The translations under genes were made by a program, and so were the position numbers. The notes beneath the pieces were generated by a model that was not told the origin of the DNA, made no database searches, and saw only the letters and a program-made list of their open reading frames with translations. Shown one piece after another: positions 49,287-53,117 of a stretch of DNA of 53,117 bases (the first letter of the stretch is position 1; each line of letters begins with the position of its first letter). The stretch is taken from the sequence record SRR2962707_513; one strand, written 5' to 3'.

Positions 49287-50243
49287 TTGGCTGTTTACAC
49301 TTCCCTCTCAGACTCTGACATGAAAGCCCTAGTGGCTGATTATTATTTAGGTGAATTGGTTTCGTACCAAGGTATTTCTGGCGGTGTTGAAAACACCAAT
49401 TATTTCCTCAATACCACCACTGGTAAATACGTCCTCACCTTATTTGAAGAGTTTGAGTTTGACGAAGTGCCTTACTTTTTAGATGTGGTTGCGCACCTTA
49501 AACACAAAGGCTTTAACGTACCTGCGGCGCTGATCGACATTCATGGCGAGCGTTTGCGCATCGTGAAAGATCGTCCAGCGATCATTGTGGATTGTTTTCC
49601 TGGCGAGGGCTTAGAAAGCACCAGCGTAGAAAGTTGTCGTCTGATGGGGTCTGCCTTAGCGCAGCTACATATCGCGGGAGAAGATTTTCCTGAGCATCGT
49701 GAAAGTCATCGCGGAGAGACATGGTGGAAAACCACCAGTCAGGCGCTTGCCCCTGAATTAGAGCCAGAACAAGCGCATCTTTTGTTGTCACAAATTGACG
49801 CCTTTGATGACTTTGTAAAGCAGCATCCTGATTTGCCTAAAGCGACCATTCACGGGGATTTGTTTTTTAACAATACTCTGTTTGAAGGAAGCCAACTGTC
49901 GGCGATTATCGACTTTTACAACGCCTGCCATTCTTGGGTAATGTACGATCTGGCCATTGTGGTGAACGACTGGTGTTCTGACATCGACACCGGTGAGCTG
50001 GATATGGAGAAATATCGCGCCTTGTTGCATTCTTATATTCACGAGCGCCGTCCTAATGCAGAAGAGATTCTTGCCTGGCCACACATGTTACGCATTGCCG
50101 CAGTGCGCTTTTGGCTGTCTCGTCTTGAGGCGTGGCATGGTGCAAAAGGGGACCCTGAGCGTTTGGCGCAACAGCATGATCCAAAAGAGTTTCAGCGTAT
50201 TTTAGAAGCGCGTGTGCGTCATGCACCTGCGTTAATGGAGTAG
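49287..50243 (+). CDS. thrB: Homoserine kinase type II (APH-like)
   Basis: MAVYT, GGVENTNYF, YVLTLFE, IHGDLFFNN, IIDFY, AAVRFWLSRL; polA-thrB synteny as in pseudomonads. Confidence 0.92.
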   Translation: MAVYTSLSDSDMKALVADYYLGELVSYQGISGGVENTNYFLNTTTGKYVLTLFEEFEFDEVPYFLDVVAHLKHKGFNVPAALIDIHGERLRIVKDRPAIIVDCFPGEGLESTSVESCRLMGSALAQLHIAGEDFPEHRESHRGETWWKTTSQALAPELEPEQAHLLLSQIDAFDDFVKQHPDLPKATIHGDLFFNNTLFEGSQLSAIIDFYNACHSWVMYDLAIVVNDWCSDIDTGELDMEKYRALLHSYIHERRPNAEEILAWPHMLRIAAVRFWLSRLEAWHGAKGDPERLAQQHDPKEFQRILEARVRHAPALME

Positions 50244-50246
50244 CGC

Positions 50247-50813
50247 TTGTTTCGCTTGATTGGGGTTTTATGGTTTGCCTTACTCGGGGCGAACTCTGCG
50301 CTAGCGCATCCGCATATTTGGGTGGATGTTCAATACCAAGCGGTAGTAGACGCGCCCACCATAGAGACCTTGAACGCGACTTGGTCATGGGATGTTTTTA
50401 CCTCGTTGAGCTTACTTGAAGCGTATGATGAAAACGCGGATGGTCAGTTCACCGGTAATGAACGAGCCGAGTTGTTAGAAGGGTTACAAAACCTCAAAAA
50501 AGACGATTACTTTGTTCACCTAAAGGCAGCAGATAAGATAATAAAGCCAAAATCCGTCACTATTACCGACTTTGGTATGAAGGACAAAATGCTCTGGATG
50601 ACACTTAAAGTCAGCTTGGATGCGCCGGTAAATATAGAAAAAACGACGTTAAGTATGGCATTTGGTGACCCTGAGTATTATTTTGCTATGGTGCCATTGG
50701 AAGAAGGTTTATTACGCCTATCGGGCGCCTTGGCGGAGATTTGCACACCAGTAGATCATGATGCCAAAGAGCAAGGTATTGAGACCTGGATAGATTTGAG
50801 TTGTCAGCCTTAA
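50247..50813 (+). CDS. DUF1007 family periplasmic protein (ZevA-like)
   Basis: Signal peptide ending ALA-HPHIWVD; D.N.DG loop; GDPEYYFAM. Confidence 0.85.
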   Translation: MFRLIGVLWFALLGANSALAHPHIWVDVQYQAVVDAPTIETLNATWSWDVFTSLSLLEAYDENADGQFTGNERAELLEGLQNLKKDDYFVHLKAADKIIKPKSVTITDFGMKDKMLWMTLKVSLDAPVNIEKTTLSMAFGDPEYYFAMVPLEEGLLRLSGALAEICTPVDHDAKEQGIETWIDLSCQP

Positions 50814-50871
50814 CGGGTTTTATCCCGACTGATTATTATCCTTTATATTGCCGTTAAACTGGAGAGTCTAG

Positions 50872-51507
50872 ATGCTAGAGCATTTTCACTGGTTGCCGTT
50901 CTTGGCTGCTATTACTGTACTGACCATGAGCCCGGGAGTGGATACGATTCTTGTGATGCGTAATGCCGCTGCGGGTGGTTGGCGTCTGGGTTTCTTGACG
51001 AGCTTGGGAATTTGCATGGGATTATTTGCCCACGCGACGCTATCAGCGCTTGGGTTGTCGGTGATCTTATTAGGCTCAGCGAACTTATTTACGGCGTTTA
51101 AATTACTGGGTGCGGCGTATCTGGTGTATTTAGGGGTGCAAGCGATTCGCAGTGCTATTAGACCTACTGGCATGTCTTTTAAAGACGCTAAACCCAGCAA
51201 AGCAATGACGGGTTGGGGAAGTTTTCGCCAAGGTATTTTGTCCAATGTATTGAACCCTAAGCCGATTATTTTCTACATGGCTTTTTTGCCGCAGTTTATT
51301 GATCCAAGCCATTCTGCCTTAGCGCAATCCTTGTTTATGGCGTCGCTTCACTTTGTGATCGCGATGGTGTGGCAAACCTTTTTAGCGCTAATGGTGCACA
51401 AAGCGCGTGTTTGGCTAGCGCGTCCAAGAGTGGCGCAAGTGTTAGACAGCGTAACCGGATTACTCTTGTTAGGTTTCGGCGCTAAGCTCGCGCTAACCCA
51501 GCGCTAA
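50872..51507 (+). CDS. LysE/RhtB family amino-acid exporter
   Basis: SPGVDTILVMRN, KLLGAAYLVYLG, NVLNPKPIIFYMAFLPQF. Confidence 0.93.
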   Translation: MLEHFHWLPFLAAITVLTMSPGVDTILVMRNAAAGGWRLGFLTSLGICMGLFAHATLSALGLSVILLGSANLFTAFKLLGAAYLVYLGVQAIRSAIRPTGMSFKDAKPSKAMTGWGSFRQGILSNVLNPKPIIFYMAFLPQFIDPSHSALAQSLFMASLHFVIAMVWQTFLALMVHKARVWLARPRVAQVLDSVTGLLLLGFGAKLALTQR

Positions 51508-51581
51508 ACCTTATTCGACTAGGGCGATGTTTTGCAGCCAAAGGCTAAGCCTTTAGGGCGTAATCGAATTGCCAGAAAAAC

Positions 51582-51622
51582 AACCGGCACAAAGTCTCAC
51601 TTTGTGCCGGTTTTTCTTTTTT
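51582..51622 (+). terminator. Intrinsic terminator after lysE
   Basis: aaccggcacaaagt-ctc-actttgtgccggtt plus T-tract. Confidence 0.9.
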
Positions 51623-51815
51623 GTTTGCCTATTTAAACATCGATATTTGACGTTATTTTGCTAGAATTATCGTGTCTATGAAGACGCCTTCTAGACAAAC
51701 ATTTAAGACGCCACAAGCGGGTTAAATGAGGTAGGCCTTAACGATGACCTCGCAAGGCTTAAGATAAATCGGTAATTGGCTTATGCGCTGATTGCTTTTT
51801 CTGGTACTTCCCTAA

Positions 51816-52427
51816 ATGAGCCTATTGATCTCCACTTGGATTAAATTCTTTTTCCTGTTTGCCCCATTCTTTGTGCTATCGATGTTTTTGGCACTGACCC
51901 GAGGTGAAACCTCTGCGGTGCGTCGACAAGTGGCAAATAAAGCCATTATCTCGTCTGTGGTGATTTCGTTTGTGTTGTTTTTCTTCGGCGGCAGCTTGTT
52001 TGCCGTGCTAGGCATTACCCTAGATGCCTTTCGTATTGGTTCAGGCGTGTTGTTGTTTTTGTCGGCCTTGAGTCTGGTCAGAGATGGCACGAGAAATCAT
52101 GCCGTAGGGATGCCAAGTGAAGAGCGTGAAGACGTGTCTGTTGTGCCATTGGCTGTGCCGATTATTATTGGTCCGGCAACGATTGGTACGATTCTGGTTT
52201 ATGGTGCAGAACTTCATGGCTGGGAAATGGCGCTGGGGTTAGGTGGTTTGCTGTTGGCGTTGGCGAGTTTGACGCTGATTTTGTACTCCGCGTCTTTGAT
52301 AGAGCGTCTTTTGGGCCGTACCGGATTGAATGTGCTTTCAAAGATTACCGGTTTGATTCTAGCGGCCATGGCGTCTCAAATTTTCATGAGCGGTCTGATG
52401 GGCTTTTTAAAACCTATCGCCAGCTAG
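51816..52427 (+). CDS. MarC family membrane protein
   Basis: LGITLDAFRIGSG, VVPLAVPIIIGPATI, LSKITGLILAAMA. Confidence 0.92.
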   Translation: MSLLISTWIKFFFLFAPFFVLSMFLALTRGETSAVRRQVANKAIISSVVISFVLFFFGGSLFAVLGITLDAFRIGSGVLLFLSALSLVRDGTRNHAVGMPSEEREDVSVVPLAVPIIIGPATIGTILVYGAELHGWEMALGLGGLLLALASLTLILYSASLIERLLGRTGLNVLSKITGLILAAMASQIFMSGLMGFLKPIAS

Positions 52428-52529
52428 ACGGTTTTATGGGGCTGTTTATGTTGCTTGTTAGTGAGCAAAACAGCCCATCGAATAGGGTTCAAAAAAGGCG
52501 TTTGATCGTTTGTACTTCTTCTTGATTTT

Positions 52530-52552
52530 CTTTTGTTATAGTATAACAAGAA
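52530..52552 (+). promoter_or_regulatory. Zur box
   Basis: TTGTTATA-G-TATAACAA (52533-52549), a perfect palindrome matching the gammaproteobacterial Zur core TGTTATA-N-TATAACA, 27 bp before the ATG. Confidence 0.85.
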
Positions 52553-52576
52553 TTAATCCATTGAAGTGAGTGCGTC

Positions 52577-53117
52577 ATGGCGAGAAACGCCGTTCTTTTC
52601 TGTTTATCCTGCCTTTTTTGTGTCGCTCCGGTTTATGCGGCGACCAGCCTATTTGGTTACGATGCCTTCATTCACTGGATTGTGTTTGAGCAAGTGAGCT
52701 TGCATCGTGAGCTCGCGACGGCGGTGCAGAAGTTGAGCCAAGATGGCAGTCCTCTGGTGTTGTGGAGCTTGGTGTCGGCAAGCTTTCTATACGGCATTTT
52801 TCATGCGGCAGGGCCAGGCCATGGCAAAGCTGTGATCTCGGCGTACATGCTTGCGAGTCGAGCGCCATTGCGTCGCGGCATCGGCTTATCTTTTTTGTGT
52901 GCAGCAGTGCAAGGCTTGATGGCGGTGTTATTGATGGTCATCGTTGGGCAGCTGTTTTCTCTGGCTGGCAAAGCGATGCAGATTAGTCGGTTTTTCGAAT
53001 TGGCGAGTTTTGCGGCAGTCGGGTTAATCGGGGTGTGGATGTTCACGCGTTTAGTCCGTGGCAAATCGAGTTGTGGTCATGATCATTCCCACGACCACGA
53101 CCACGACCACGACCACG
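52577..53117 (+). CDS. RcnA/HoxN/NiCoT-like (ZevB-like) metal transporter, partial at the window end
   Basis: Open frame from ATG 52577 to the end, absent from the track because it has no stop: SFLYGIFHAAGPGHGKAVISAY, followed by a His-Asp run CGHDHSHDHDHDHDH. Confidence 0.9.
   Translation, partial: MARNAVLFCLSCLFCVAPVYAATSLFGYDAFIHWIVFEQVSLHRELATAVQKLSQDGSPLVLWSLVSASFLYGIFHAAGPGHGKAVISAYMLASRAPLRRGIGLSFLCAAVQGLMAVLLMVIVGQLFSLAGKAMQISRFFELASFAAVGLIGVWMFTRLVRGKSSCGHDHSHDHDHDHDH
53090..53117 (+). repeat. (CACGAC)n hexanucleotide tandem repeat encoding His-Asp
   Basis: cacgaccacgaccacgaccacgaccacg runs to the last base. Confidence 0.95.

Noticed and set aside
51681..51712. agacgcct / agacgcca as MetJ boxes
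   Set aside because: Met boxes work as contiguous 8-bp tandem repeats; these two are 24 bp apart.
52668..53064. Three short track ORFs (52668-52868, 52762-52986, 52801-53064)
   Set aside because: Shadows of the RcnA-like frame starting at 52577.

Overview
A 53 kb chromosomal segment from a gammaproteobacterium. Protein style and gene order (polA-thrB followed by a zinc locus) suggest a marine Oceanospirillales member such as Marinomonas; this is inference. The window is mostly housekeeping and nutrient-scavenging genes: ahpCF, a 5-oxoprolinase/TRAP/D-glutamate-cyclase-like operon, a nucleobase ABC plus deaminase operon, two tandem pairs of outer-membrane beta-barrels, yhhQ, PfpI/RHH, a RIO-like kinase, a DEAD-box helicase, three LysRs, cidA/lrgB, a GGDEF-EAL protein, an MCP, a B12 radical SAM enzyme, mtgA, polA and thrB. 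There is no rRNA, tRNA, CRISPR array, prophage or intact IS. Several features are missing from the ORF track. (1) A decayed islet 3' of polA holds an in-frame, internally deleted hipA-like minigene coupled to an intact XRE repressor, three palindromic operators at exact 41-bp spacing, and an inverted-repeat-bounded remnant of a HUH/RAYT-like transposase whose GGGTCAGAT end motif recurs at two other places. (2) A preQ1-I type III riboswitch precedes yhhQ. (3) A perfect Zur box precedes an RcnA/ZevB-like transporter cut off by the window end. (4) A sigma54/NtrC-like promoter drives the nucleobase operon. (5) There is an unannotated 49-aa ORF. I see no clear large novel system; the best leads are listed as findings. 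All family calls come from motif recognition, not database searches.
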